Source: Deltaproteobacteria bacterium
Lineage (GTDB): Bacteria > Desulfobacterota > Desulfobaccia > Desulfobaccales > 0-14-0-80-60-11
Reading direction: 5' to 3'
DNA: 64,000 bases
Assembly: GCA_016875015.1 (NCBI GenBank)
Contig: VGSJ01000004.1
Location: forward strand, 4,084-68,083
Made by a program: the position numbers and the translations under genes. Of the stretch, positions 20,481 through 32,046 are shown one piece after another. The first letter of the stretch is position 1. Every line of letters starts with the position of its first letter. Under the pieces are notes generated by a model. The model saw only the letters and a program-made list of their open reading frames with translations. It made no database searches and was not told the DNA's origin.

Positions 20481-20697
20481 TGGCCGGCCCGCCCCTCAAA
20501 ATACTTTTTCAGAGGTCTTGATTTTAGGTATAAGTAAGCATCCACGCCGCAGCCTTCGGTTATTTTCTCCGGCTAAGACCATTTTCTCATTGAGCTGCAT
20601 CAAATCAACAACATAACTCCCTGATATTGCTTTATTCTCTTACAGAAAACCGAAAACTGTCTAAGACCCCGCCTCCCGGCCCGGTGGCTTTTGGGCC

Positions 20698-20726
20698 TTG
20701 CCAATCCTGACAAAACCCCCTATCAT
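20698..20726 (+). promoter_or_regulatory. Sigma70-like promoter upstream of ligA
   Basis: TTGCCA (20698-20703), 17-nt spacer, TATCAT (20721-20726). About 175 nt before the ligA ATG. Confidence 0.4.
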
Positions 20727-20848
20727 GATGGCCGAGGGATCAGTCCCCAGGTTCTTTTTTTGGGGTGGGTACGGGTTTTCAGACAGGGCGCTTTCCTCGC
20801 AGCCACCGGGCGATGCGGCTGGTTCCGGCCACCTGCGGCCCTCCCTGA

Positions 20849-22926
<2,078 letters not shown>

Positions 22927-22927
<1 letters not shown>

Positions 22928-23208
22928 TGGCGGATAAGGCGCGGGTCCACGTGGTGATTGAGGGACGGGTCCAGGGGGTGTTCTTCCGGGCCTCCACCCG
23001 GGACGAGGCCCGGGCCCGGGGGCTGACCGGCTGGGCCCGGAACCTCCCGGACGGCCGGGTGGAGGCCTGGTTCGAGGGCGACAAACGGGTGTTGGAGAAC
23101 ATGCTCGCCTGGTGCCGTAAAGGCCCGCCGTCTGCCTACGTGACCCGGGTGGAGGTGGAGTGGCAGGCCTACGTCGGGGACCAGATGGATTTTCGGGTGG
23201 TGTACTGA
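22927..23208 (+). CDS. acyP: Acylphosphatase
   Basis: VIEGRVQGVFFRASTRDEA...GWARNLPDGRVE signature. The ATG overlaps the ligA stop (TGATG). Confidence 0.9.
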
Positions 23209-23341
23209 AAAGTCCGAAGTAAAAAAGAGAAAGTCATCTAAGTTGAATTTTTTCATAAATTATGATAATCATTATTTCTAATTATATAAATTTATGACAA
23301 AGTCGCAGGCCCCGGCCAAGGAGCATGGTAAGGAGTGCAAG

Positions 23342-23626
23342 ATGGAACTGGTCAAAGTGAAAAGGAACTACCAAATTACCATACCTCAGAATCTGAGGAG
23401 GATCATTCGGCTGACCGTCGGGGACTACGTGGAGGTGGACATCCAGGACGATACTTTAGTGATAAGGCCGGTCAAGGTGATTCACCCGGACCAGGAATAT
23501 TTTTTCACGAAAGAGTGGCAGGAGAAGGAAGCGGAAGCGGATAAAGACATTGCCGAGGGTAAGATGGTGGGGCCGTTTGAGAATGCGCCAGACGCTTTAA
23601 GAGCTTTGAAGAAAACTCCGCAATGA
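23342..23626 (+). CDS. AbrB/MazE/SpoVT-family antitoxin
   Basis: VKVKRNYQITIPQNLRRIIRLTVGDYVEVDIQDDTLVIRPV swapped-hairpin motif. AAGGAG RBS. The stop overlaps the toxin start (ATGA). Confidence 0.75.
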   Translation: MELVKVKRNYQITIPQNLRRIIRLTVGDYVEVDIQDDTLVIRPVKVIHPDQEYFFTKEWQEKEAEADKDIAEGKMVGPFENAPDALRALKKTPQ

Positions 23627-23880
23627 AGCTCTGGTTCACGCACAGTTTTATCAAGGATTATCAAGCGCTTCCAAGCCAACTGCAACGGGCGGTAGATAAA
23701 CAATTAAAGCTTTTCCTGAGCAACCGGCGTCATCCATCCCTGAATATCAAAAAAATGCAAGATCCTCGAGACATTTGGGAAGGCAGGATCACTCAAGGAT
23801 ACCGCTTTACCTTCCAAATCGCGGGTGAAGTATGCATCCTCAGGCGGCTAGGCACCCATGATATTTTGAGGACTCCCTAA
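23623..23880 (+). CDS. RelE/ParE-superfamily type II toxin
   Basis: 85 aa. W.GRITQGYRFTFQIAGEVCILRRLGTHD pattern. Confidence 0.75.
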   Translation: MKLWFTHSFIKDYQALPSQLQRAVDKQLKLFLSNRRHPSLNIKKMQDPRDIWEGRITQGYRFTFQIAGEVCILRRLGTHDILRTP

Positions 23881-23950
23881 CTCTGACTTGACAGCTATAC
23901 CCCATTAACTATACTAGTTATATAATCCATAATAATTAATAGAGAAGGCG

Positions 23951-24394
23951 ATGGCCATGCTGAAAAAGATTTCTGCGATGAAGGCCCGGCAGAATTTGGG
24001 CCAACTTTTGAATGAAGTGTCTATCCGGGGCGACGCATATATCATCGAACGGGCCGGCAAACCTTTGGCCGCCCTGGTGGACATGGAAAGATTCCAGCAG
24101 CTGCAAGAAGACCGAAGCTCCGCTTTGCAGGCTCTTAAAGAGATTTGGGGAAAGATGGCAGGAGTGGACAACCAGGAGATCGCGGAAGCCATCGAGGCGG
24201 CCGAGAAGATCGCCAAGGAGGAGAACCGCACCCGGAGCGAACTCATGCGAGAAGCCCTCCGGCGGTATATTGCCGAAATGGAACTCAGACGTCTGCAGCG
24301 CTACGGCCTAAAAAAAGCCACAGAGCTTAGCTTAAAGGAGGAAGACGTCCAGCGCTTCATTGACGAGTATCGGGCCGAACCAGCCGATGCTTAA
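23951..24394 (+). CDS. Antitoxin with a Phd/YefM-type N-terminal domain and an RHH-like C-terminal segment
   Basis: N-terminus ISAMKARQNLGQLLNEVSIRGDAYIIERAGKPLAALVDMERFQQL (Phd/YefM). C-terminus RTRSELMREALRRYI (CopG/RHH helix pattern). Confidence 0.7.
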   Translation: MAMLKKISAMKARQNLGQLLNEVSIRGDAYIIERAGKPLAALVDMERFQQLQEDRSSALQALKEIWGKMAGVDNQEIAEAIEAAEKIAKEENRTRSELMREALRRYIAEMELRRLQRYGLKKATELSLKEEDVQRFIDEYRAEPADA

Positions 24395-24803
24395 AGCAGT
24401 GCTTGATACCAATGTCATCGTGTCTGGCCTCAACTTTCCAACGAGCAATCCCGCCAAAATTTTGATACTGGTGGCTTCAGGAGAGGTAGCCAACTTCACT
24501 TCAAGGCATATAGTCAATGAAACGAGACGTATTCTGGTTGATAAGTTTTTCTGGACACGTGAAAAAGTTGAAGCGGCTGAGGTTTGGCTAAAAACCTTCT
24601 CAAAATCAGTCAACCCCAAGAACCGCATTTCGGTTATTGATGATGATCCGGACAACCGCATTCTCGTATGTGCCGTAGAAGGCCAGGCCGACTTTATCAT
24701 TTCGGGCGACCACCATCTTACCGATTTAAAAAATTATCAGGGAATCAAGATCCTTGCCCCCTCTATCTTTTTAGCATTAATCGCCAAACTCAATGAAGAA
24801 TAA
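24387..24803 (+). CDS. PIN-domain toxin (TIGR00305-like)
   Basis: MLKAVLDTNVIVSG ... DDPDNRILVCAVEGQADFIISGDHHL. It overlaps the antitoxin stop by 8 nt. Confidence 0.85.
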   Translation: MLKAVLDTNVIVSGLNFPTSNPAKILILVASGEVANFTSRHIVNETRRILVDKFFWTREKVEAAEVWLKTFSKSVNPKNRISVIDDDPDNRILVCAVEGQADFIISGDHHLTDLKNYQGIKILAPSIFLALIAKLNEE

Positions 24804-24837
24804 CCGAGTAGCTATTATACGCACGGGAGGCATAATC

Positions 24838-25272
24838 ATGGCTGAAAAGGAAATGTCCACTTCGGGCGACCTGGTGTTCAAACCCTGCGCCCGGGCGTTT
24901 TTTGTCTATTTCGTGGCCATGGCCCTGGTTTTCTTGGGCCCCCGGCTCAACCCCGAGGTGGGGCTGCCCGTCTGGTTGGGGACCCTCCTGGGGCTCATTG
25001 TCCTGGCCGCGGTGATCTACCAGAAGTACGGCCAGGAGTACCGGGTAACCTCCCGGGGGGTGGTCCGGGTCTGGCGCTGGCCTTCCCCCCGGGAGCAGGA
25101 GATCGCCTGGGAGAACCTGGGAGAGGTCCTGGTGCTCCGGGGCTTGACCCAGACCGTGCTCCAGGTGGGCAACCTCGCGTTCCGGGATAAAGCCGGGGGG
25201 GCCGAGATGTTCTGGTACGGGTTGCTCAACCCCAAGGACGTTAAAGACCGGATCGACGGGAAGCGGCCGTGA
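24838..25272 (+). CDS. Membrane bPH_2 (YdbS/YdbT-like PH) domain protein
   Basis: Two TM helices, then YRVTSRGVVRVWRW...LTQTVLQVGNLAF. Confidence 0.7.
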   Translation: MAEKEMSTSGDLVFKPCARAFFVYFVAMALVFLGPRLNPEVGLPVWLGTLLGLIVLAAVIYQKYGQEYRVTSRGVVRVWRWPSPREQEIAWENLGEVLVLRGLTQTVLQVGNLAFRDKAGGAEMFWYGLLNPKDVKDRIDGKRP

Positions 25273-25958
25273 TGGAACTGGAAGACGGGTGGGGGGCGGC
25301 GGCCGTGGCCGAGCCGGCCCAAAAGTCTTCAGCGCCCTGGGAAGACCCGGAGTTGTCAACCCTGGCGGGGTTTTTTCGGACCCTCCGGGAAGTCCTGTTC
25401 CGGCCGGGGGAGTTTTTTGAGAACCTGGGCCGGGAAGGGTGGGCCGAACCGTTGGCCTTTGCGCTCATCGTGTCGAGCGTCGGGCTTTTGGGCGCCCTCT
25501 TCTGGCAGTTCCTGGCCCTGGCGCCGGCCGGCGGGGACCCGGGGGGCGCCTCCGGGCTGTCGCCGGCCTGGCGATTAGGTCCAGGCTGGCTGATGGCCAT
25601 AATGGCCGGTTCCCCGGTTCTGGCGCTGGCCAACCTGGGGGTGGGCGGCGTCTGCTGGTGGGGGAGTGTGGCCCTGGTGGGCGCGGGCCGGGATTTCACC
25701 CCGGCCTGGCGGATTTTCTGCTATGCTCAGGGCGGTATGGCCCTGGCGCTGATTCCGTATTTCGGCATGTTGGTGGCCGGAATCTGGGTCCTGGTCCTGC
25801 TGTATTGCGGAGTGAAGCAGGTTTACGGCATCTCCGCCGGAGCCTCTCTCGGGACCCTGGCCATCTTCCTGGCGCTTCAGGCCGCCCTGGCGCTGACCCT
25901 TTTTCTGGGCCTGGCGGCCGCCTTGGCCTTACTGGGGTTCCTGCTGCTGCTGGGCTGA
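25269..25958 (+). CDS. Yip1-family (DUF1282-like) polytopic membrane protein
   Basis: PWEDPELSTLAGFFRTLREVLFRPGEFF N-terminus followed by about five TM helices. The start overlaps the upstream stop. Confidence 0.7.
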   Translation: MMELEDGWGAAAVAEPAQKSSAPWEDPELSTLAGFFRTLREVLFRPGEFFENLGREGWAEPLAFALIVSSVGLLGALFWQFLALAPAGGDPGGASGLSPAWRLGPGWLMAIMAGSPVLALANLGVGGVCWWGSVALVGAGRDFTPAWRIFCYAQGGMALALIPYFGMLVAGIWVLVLLYCGVKQVYGISAGASLGTLAIFLALQAALALTLFLGLAAALALLGFLLLLG

Positions 25959-26189
25959 AGCGGTTTGCGCCGCCGCTTCCCGCCGCTTCCGCCTGATTCT
26001 CAGGCCGTGGGCGACCCAGCCGATTGCCACGCCCACCGCCAGGCTGAGGTAGACCACCAGAAACTGGGGCAGTTCCCCCAACCGAAATTTGAAGAGTTTG
26101 ATCGCCAGCGCCGGCTGGGCGTTTTCAACGGCAAAGTCCACCAGCACCACGGCCAGGATGATCAACAACACCAGTTTGAGATTACTCAT
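25929..26189 (-). CDS. LapA-domain (DUF1049) small membrane protein
   Basis: 86 aa with two TM helices and a basic tail RIRRKRREAAAQ. Confidence 0.65.
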   Translation of the reverse strand: MSNLKLVLLIILAVVLVDFAVENAQPALAIKLFKFRLGELPQFLVVYLSLAVGVAIGWVAHGLRIRRKRREAAAQTASAQQQQEPQ

Positions 26190-26208
26190 GGGCGCCTCGC
26201 TTTCGGGG

Positions 26209-26562
26209 TCACTCTTTCAGGTAACGTTTCACCACGGCCTTGAGATCCTCCAGGTCCGAAGACTTGACCAAGTACTCGTCTGAGGCCCAGGTGGCAAAAT
26301 CCTGTTTGTACTCTCCGTAGGCAGTGCTCAGGACCACGGGTAAATCCGGCCGCTTTTCCTTAATCTGTCTCAAGGCCTCGATACCGTCCATCTCCGGCAT
26401 TTTGATGTCCAGGATGATCAGGTCCAGGGGAATCTTTTCAACGATTTCCAGGGCTTCCCGCCCGTTGGCGGCCTGATAGACTTCGTAGCCCTCCTCTTTG
26501 AGTTCTTCACTATAAAGGAGGCGAATGCTCATTTCGTCGTCCGCCACCAGGATCTTCTTCAT
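26209..26562 (-). CDS. Single-domain response regulator (CheY-like receiver)
   Basis: ILVADDE, ILDIKMPEMDG, and a conserved Lys region. 117 aa. Confidence 0.9.
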   Translation of the reverse strand: MKKILVADDEMSIRLLYSEELKEEGYEVYQAANGREALEIVEKIPLDLIILDIKMPEMDGIEALRQIKEKRPDLPVVLSTAYGEYKQDFATWASDEYLVKSSDLEDLKAVVKRYLKE

Positions 26563-28922
26563 TGACGTCCTCCTCTAGGGGTCTTAAGCACGCTGGCGGG
26601 AACCGCTCCCTGGCCCACGTCTTTGACGAGACAATATTTAGCCACCGGCAGGGTGACGATAAAGGTCACGCCTTTGCCGATTTCGTTGTTGACCTCTATC
26701 TGGCCGTAGTGGCGGGAAACGATCCGCTGGGCTATGGCCAGTCCCAGGCCGGTGCCGTAATCCTTGGTGGAAAAAAATGGGTTGAAGATATTGTGGAGCA
26801 CCTCCATGGGGATACCGCTGCCGGTGTCGGAGATGGAGGTCGCAGCATAGAGGCCGTCCGACTTTTCCACCGGGAAGGTGCGAATGCTCAAAGTGCCGCC
26901 ATGGGACATGGCCTGGATGGCGTTCTGGAAGAGGTTGTAAAAGACCTGCTTCATCTGCCGGTCGTCGCAATGGAGCCGGGGCAACTGGGCAAATTCTCTC
27001 AAGACCTTGATTTTATAGCCATCCAAATCCCGCTGGACCAAAATCAGGGTGTCTTCGATGAGCTTGGCCAGTTCGTGGTCCCCGTAATAGGACAGATTTT
27101 CCCCGGTGAAGTCCAGGATTTCCCGGAGGAGCTTTTCCAGGCGGGTCACTTCCTCCTGGATGACCTCCACATATCCCCGGAGGGGCGAATTGGGTTCCAC
27201 CAGTTTGGCGATGCGCCGGGCGAAGCCGCCGATGGAGACCAGGGGGTTGCGAATTTCATGGGCCATGCCCGAGGCCAGGCTGCTCAAGGCGGCCAGACGG
27301 TCGCTCTCCAGCATCCGTTCCCGGATGAGGAGTAATTCCCGATTGTTGGTTTCGATAGTGGAATAGAGATGGGCATTTTCCAACACCAGGGCGGCCTGAG
27401 TAGCAAACATCTGGAGGGCGTGCAGGCGCTCCGGCTCCAGGGGCCGCCCGGAAGCCTGGTTGTCCACCAGAATCACCCCGGTGGCCCGGTCTTTGACCAC
27501 CAGGGGCGCCACAAAAAATTCCTGGGCCGCGTACTTGCCCGCCAACGCGGGGGGCAAGCCCGGCTCCTTGACCGTCTGATGGTGATGATAGGGGGACTTC
27601 CGCAACACCGCCAGGGCCAGGGGGCCCTGATCCGCCCGGAGGGGAACTTCCCAATCAGCCACCGGTATCATCCCCGGCGGCGGCGACTGCAGGGCCTTGA
27701 GGTTGGGGAGGTCGGAGGTCAGGGGCATGCGACAGGCGCCTTGGGCGCCTCTCAAGGTTTGGGTCGCTTCATCCACCATCAAGATCACCGCCCGGTCAAA
27801 TCCCAGGCCGTGCTCCAGGGTGAGGCCCTGGAGGACGATCTCCTGGAGCCGCGCCTCCTGCACCGACGTCAGCATGATCTGGGAGATCTCTTGCAGAGCG
27901 GTGAGATTCCGGACCATGCGCTCGTTTCTTTCCGCCAGGTCCTCCACCTGCTGATAAGTGAGGGCATTTTCGATGGCGTTGACGATGACGCCGGCCATGG
28001 TGAAGAGGAGTTGGCGGTTTTCCGGGTCGAAGGGCAGGTATTCGCCGTTGGGGTTGAATTTGTCATACACCCCCAGGGTGCCGGTCAGCTGCCCCTTGAA
28101 GGTGAGCGGCACCGCCAGGCAGTAGTGGGTGTGCCCCGTTGCATCCGTCGATTCCCCTTCATAATAGGGGGGTTCGGTGGCAGCGCCGCTGGGGGTTATT
28201 TGGGGCAGGGCCGGGGATTCCGGAGGAATCTGCCCGTAGCGGGATGAGACCCGGGTCTCACCGGTGGCGGTATTAATAATATGGAGGGCCGCCCCCCGGG
28301 CGGTGATAACTTTGGCGGTGGTGCTGACGATGCGCTCCAGGAGTTCATCCAACTCCACGGTGGAGCTCAGCGCTTTCCCCACCTCGAAGAGCACCGACAA
28401 CTCGGCGATCCGCTTTTTGGCCTCTTCCTGGACGATGGCCTGGCGCAGGGCGGCCGCCAACATCAGGCAGGTCAGCTGGACGCCCTGGCGCTCCGCCGCG
28501 GAGAGGGACCGCTCCGTCCGGTCTACCAGGATCAGGACCCCGTAAAGAAAATTATCGTCGGCCACCGGAAAGGCGGCCAGAGTCTGATAAGCCGGGTGCA
28601 GTTTTTCCAGGGCAACATTGGCGGCCGATACTCCCGGCTGCTGGCGGTGGACGACGGTAGGCTTGCGGGTCCGGGCCGTCTCACCCACCAGACCTTGCCC
28701 CAGGGGAAATTCCAGGCGCAGGTGGGGCGGTATGGGCCCCTGGCTGCTGACGTTGAGGAGCAGGGTTTCCCTGGCCTTGTCCAGGCCGAAATAGAGAGAT
28801 AGATCCACCTTCAGGTTGCGAGCCAGAAGGTGCACCATGTTGTTGAGCCGCTCCCCAAAGCTCACGGTAGAGGTGAGCACCTCTACCATTTGGGTCAAGA
28901 ACGCCGCACGCTCCGAAGCCAT
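26559..28922 (-). CDS. Multi-GAF sensor histidine kinase
   Basis: 787 aa. H-box MAHEIRNPL, N-box FYNLFQNAIQA, G-boxes DTGSGI and GTGLGL. The N-terminal approximately 520 aa are GAF-like repeats. Confidence 0.9.
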   Translation of the reverse strand: MASERAAFLTQMVEVLTSTVSFGERLNNMVHLLARNLKVDLSLYFGLDKARETLLLNVSSQGPIPPHLRLEFPLGQGLVGETARTRKPTVVHRQQPGVSAANVALEKLHPAYQTLAAFPVADDNFLYGVLILVDRTERSLSAAERQGVQLTCLMLAAALRQAIVQEEAKKRIAELSVLFEVGKALSSTVELDELLERIVSTTAKVITARGAALHIINTATGETRVSSRYGQIPPESPALPQITPSGAATEPPYYEGESTDATGHTHYCLAVPLTFKGQLTGTLGVYDKFNPNGEYLPFDPENRQLLFTMAGVIVNAIENALTYQQVEDLAERNERMVRNLTALQEISQIMLTSVQEARLQEIVLQGLTLEHGLGFDRAVILMVDEATQTLRGAQGACRMPLTSDLPNLKALQSPPPGMIPVADWEVPLRADQGPLALAVLRKSPYHHHQTVKEPGLPPALAGKYAAQEFFVAPLVVKDRATGVILVDNQASGRPLEPERLHALQMFATQAALVLENAHLYSTIETNNRELLLIRERMLESDRLAALSSLASGMAHEIRNPLVSIGGFARRIAKLVEPNSPLRGYVEVIQEEVTRLEKLLREILDFTGENLSYYGDHELAKLIEDTLILVQRDLDGYKIKVLREFAQLPRLHCDDRQMKQVFYNLFQNAIQAMSHGGTLSIRTFPVEKSDGLYAATSISDTGSGIPMEVLHNIFNPFFSTKDYGTGLGLAIAQRIVSRHYGQIEVNNEIGKGVTFIVTLPVAKYCLVKDVGQGAVPASVLKTPRGGRQ

Positions 28923-28928
28923 GGGACC

Positions 28929-30401
28929 TCACCCGCCCAACAGGCGCTGGCGTTTTTCCGCGGCCAGCCGGTACACATCCACGTATTTAGGGGCTGCGGT
29001 TTTGCCCCAGGAATAATCCAGGGCCATATTGCTCTTCATCAGGGCTTCCCAGACGGCGGGCTGTTGATAAACCGCCAGGGCCCGCTGCACCGCGGCCAGC
29101 AGTTCGGCCGGGGTATAGCCGGTAAACTTGAACCCGGTGCCGGCGCCGGTGGCGGGGTCGAATTCCTGCACGGTTTCGTCCAGCCCGCCGGTGGCCCGGA
29201 CCACGGGAATGGCGCCGTAGCGCAGGCAATACATTTGGTCCAGGCCGCAGGGTTCATAACGGGAGGGCATGAGAAAGATGTCGGCCCCGGCGATGATCTG
29301 GTGGGCCAGTTCTTCGGTGTAGCCGATCATGAGACCCATGCGCCCAGGATATTTGAGGCTCATTTCCTGGAGCAGATAGTGGTGGCGTTCTTCCCCGGTG
29401 CCCTGGATGACGAAACCCACTTCCAGGCGCATCAGGTCATCGAGGATGTCTTCCACCAGGTCGATCCCTTTACGCTCAAGGAACCGGGTGGTCATGCCGA
29501 TGAGCGGCCGGTCCGGGGGCAGATTTAGGTCGAAGCGCTGCAACAGAGCCGTCTTGCAGGTCTTTTTCCCCGCGAGGTTATCCCGGTCGTAGGGTGCGGC
29601 CAGGAAGGCATCCCGGTTGGTGTCCCAGCGGTGATAGTCGACCCCTTCCAGAATGCCGTAAAGCTCATGGGCCCGATCCCGGAACAGCCCCTCCAGCCCG
29701 AAGCCAAATTCCGGGGTCAGGATCTCTTCCCGGTATTTGGCGGAGACGGTGGTGAGGAGGTCCGCAAAAACCAGGCCGCCCTTCATAAAATTGAGCTTGC
29801 CGTAAAATTCCAGGGCCTTGGGAGAGAGCAATTCCCACCCCAGGCCGGTGAGGGGGAGGTCATAGGAAGAAAAAAGCCCCTGGTAACCCACGTTGTGGAC
29901 CGTATACACCACCGGCAGCCGCTGGAGGCGGGGGCGGTCGTTATAGAGGGTCCGGAGATAGACGGGCACCAGGCCGGTCTGCCACTCGTGGGCGTGGCAG
30001 ACGTCGAACTCCAGTTCCAGGGCGTCGATCATCTCCACCACCGACCGGGAGAAGAAGATGAACCGCTCGCCATTGTCGTCAAAATCCCCATAGGAGGTGC
30101 CGTAGAGACCTTCCCGGTTAAACAGGGCGTCCTGGCCGATGAAGTAAAAATCCAGGTTGGGGTCGACCTGGGCGGTAAAGATCTCGGCCGGCAAAGTCTT
30201 CCAGGAGAGCGGAATGGAAAGCGTTTGTCCGGTGGAGGTGAGGGGGCGGCCCGATTCGCGTACCTGGCGGTACAGGGGCAGAACCACCGATACCTTGTGG
30301 CCCATTTTAACCAAGGCCCAGGCCAGGGCGTAGATCACCTCGGCAAGCCCGCCGCTGCGGGCAAAAGGGTTGGCTTCCGGGGATACCATCAGAATACGCA
30401 T
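28929..30401 (-). CDS. glgA: Glycogen synthase (GT5)
   Basis: MRILMVSPEANPFARSGGLAEV (KTGGL-type motif) and a C-terminal PSRYEPCGL. Confidence 0.9.
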   Translation of the reverse strand: MRILMVSPEANPFARSGGLAEVIYALAWALVKMGHKVSVVLPLYRQVRESGRPLTSTGQTLSIPLSWKTLPAEIFTAQVDPNLDFYFIGQDALFNREGLYGTSYGDFDDNGERFIFFSRSVVEMIDALELEFDVCHAHEWQTGLVPVYLRTLYNDRPRLQRLPVVYTVHNVGYQGLFSSYDLPLTGLGWELLSPKALEFYGKLNFMKGGLVFADLLTTVSAKYREEILTPEFGFGLEGLFRDRAHELYGILEGVDYHRWDTNRDAFLAAPYDRDNLAGKKTCKTALLQRFDLNLPPDRPLIGMTTRFLERKGIDLVEDILDDLMRLEVGFVIQGTGEERHHYLLQEMSLKYPGRMGLMIGYTEELAHQIIAGADIFLMPSRYEPCGLDQMYCLRYGAIPVVRATGGLDETVQEFDPATGAGTGFKFTGYTPAELLAAVQRALAVYQQPAVWEALMKSNMALDYSWGKTAAPKYVDVYRLAAEKRQRLLGG

Positions 30402-30418
30402 CTGTCATCCCTCGAGGC

Positions 30419-31417
30419 TTACAGCGTCAACTCCCGAAGATATTTGGCCGCATCTTCCGGAGGGGTGGGATTGATATAAAAGCCCGATCCCCATTCGAAT
30501 CCAGCAATCAGGGTCAGCTTGGGCACGATCTCGAAATGCCAGTGGTAATAATTGAGTTGTGATTCCCGGATGGGCGCGGTGTGCAGGATGAAATTGTACG
30601 GGACCTGGCCCAGGGCTTTCTCCAGGCGCTTCAGGGTTTCCGAGAAAAGCTCGGCCAGCAGCCGGAAAGACTCTTCCTTCAAATCCACGTAAGACGAAAA
30701 GTGCTGCTTGGGCAGGATCCAGATTTCAAAGGGTGAGCGGGGCGCAAAGGGACAAATCGCCAGAAACTCCTGGTTCTCCAGCACCAGCCGGGTCTGCTGC
30801 TGGAGCTCCTGGCGGATCATATCGCAAAACACGCAGCGCTCTTTGTAGTTGTAATAAAACTTGCCGCCGCTCAATTCCTCCTGGACCAGCTCCGGCACGA
30901 TGGGCAGGGCGATGAGTTGGCAGTGGCTGTGTTCCAGGGAGGCGCCGGCGGCCCGGCCCTGGTTCTTGAAGATCAGGACGTAGCGGAACCGGGGATCCTC
31001 GCTCAGGGCCACGATCCGGTCCCGGTAGGCCGTAAGCACCCGGAAGAACCCCTCCACCGGGATAGTCGCCAGGGTGAGGCGGTGGTCCGGGCTCTCGATG
31101 ATGACCTCATGGGACCCCACCCCGTTCATTTTGTCGAACATGCCTTCGCCGACGCGGTCCAACTCCCCTTCCGTGGCCAGGGCCGGGAATTTGTTGTTCA
31201 CCACCCGGAGTTGCCAGCCGGGGGTGTTGGGCTTGGTCCCCGGGTCCCGGTAGGCCAGGACCTCGGGCGGCGTCGTATGTTCGTTGCCTTCATCGAAGGG
31301 ACAGAAGCCCCCTTTGGTGGCCTCCGGTTCCACCACAAAATCATGGGGGCGCTTGCCCCGCTCCGTAGAAATAATCACCCAACGGCCGATGATGGGATCT
31401 TTGCGTAATTCAGGCAT
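30419..31417 (-). CDS. galT: GalT-family nucleotidyltransferase (galactose-1-phosphate uridylyltransferase / ADP-glucose phosphorylase-like HIT enzyme)
   Basis: RWVIISTERGKRPHDF, CPFDEGNE, and the HSHCQLIA active-site HxHxQ. ATG at 31417. Confidence 0.8.
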   Translation of the reverse strand: MPELRKDPIIGRWVIISTERGKRPHDFVVEPEATKGGFCPFDEGNEHTTPPEVLAYRDPGTKPNTPGWQLRVVNNKFPALATEGELDRVGEGMFDKMNGVGSHEVIIESPDHRLTLATIPVEGFFRVLTAYRDRIVALSEDPRFRYVLIFKNQGRAAGASLEHSHCQLIALPIVPELVQEELSGGKFYYNYKERCVFCDMIRQELQQQTRLVLENQEFLAICPFAPRSPFEIWILPKQHFSSYVDLKEESFRLLAELFSETLKRLEKALGQVPYNFILHTAPIRESQLNYYHWHFEIVPKLTLIAGFEWGSGFYINPTPPEDAAKYLRELTL

Positions 31418-31766
31418 CTGTCTCCGTTCCTGGCCCCCGTCGCCACCGGGGGGCGCTGGCGCCCGCCCCGGCAACGCTACAGGGATGAGGGATGTCTTTC
31501 AGTATACTTCCCTGGGGATATTTTGCAAGGGACTTGGCGGACCTGGAGCATCCAGGGAGCGGACTTAGCCCCGGCTGCCCGTAAGGTCTTCACCCCTGAA
31601 GGCCCCTCGCGGCTTCCCTCATCGGTTTATTATAAGACAAACGCCGCCGGAATCCAGCCCCGATGAAGAACCGCCGTCCCCGGCTATTCCTGAGCCAGCG
31701 AGGCGCCGGTTATAGGGCGGCCCCTGGCCGCCATAAATCGGCGTGCACGGCACGCCCTATTATCAA

Positions 31767-31823
31767 TGGTGGCACAGGCATCTTGCCTGTGCCATGAACA
31801 GGCTGGAAGCCTGTTCCACCAAT
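31767..31823. repeat. REP family E composite (two hairpins between TGGTGG and CCACCA)
   Basis: Sequence tggtggcacaggcatcttgcctgtgccatgaacaggctggaagcctgttccaccaatt. An inverted copy is at 46811-46868. Confidence 0.8.
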
Positions 31824-31833
31824 TCATTAAAAA

Positions 31834-32046
31834 TCACCGGCGAAACAGATACATGATCAGGGTCAAAATGAGGCTGATGAGGATGCAGGTCCCCAACGGG
31901 AAGTAAAAGCTGAAATTCCCCCGCTTGAAACTGATGTCCCCCGGCAGTTTCCCCAGCCAGGGGATCTTGGGCGCCAGCAGGAACACCGCCCCCACGATCA
32001 CCAGGATCACGCCCGCCACGATCAGCAATCGGCCCATATCAGACAT
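31834..32046 (-). CDS. DUF2905 small membrane protein
   Basis: LGKLPGDISFKRGNFSFYFPLGTCILISL signature, 70 aa. Confidence 0.8.
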   Translation of the reverse strand: MSDMGRLLIVAGVILVIVGAVFLLAPKIPWLGKLPGDISFKRGNFSFYFPLGTCILISLILTLIMYLFRR

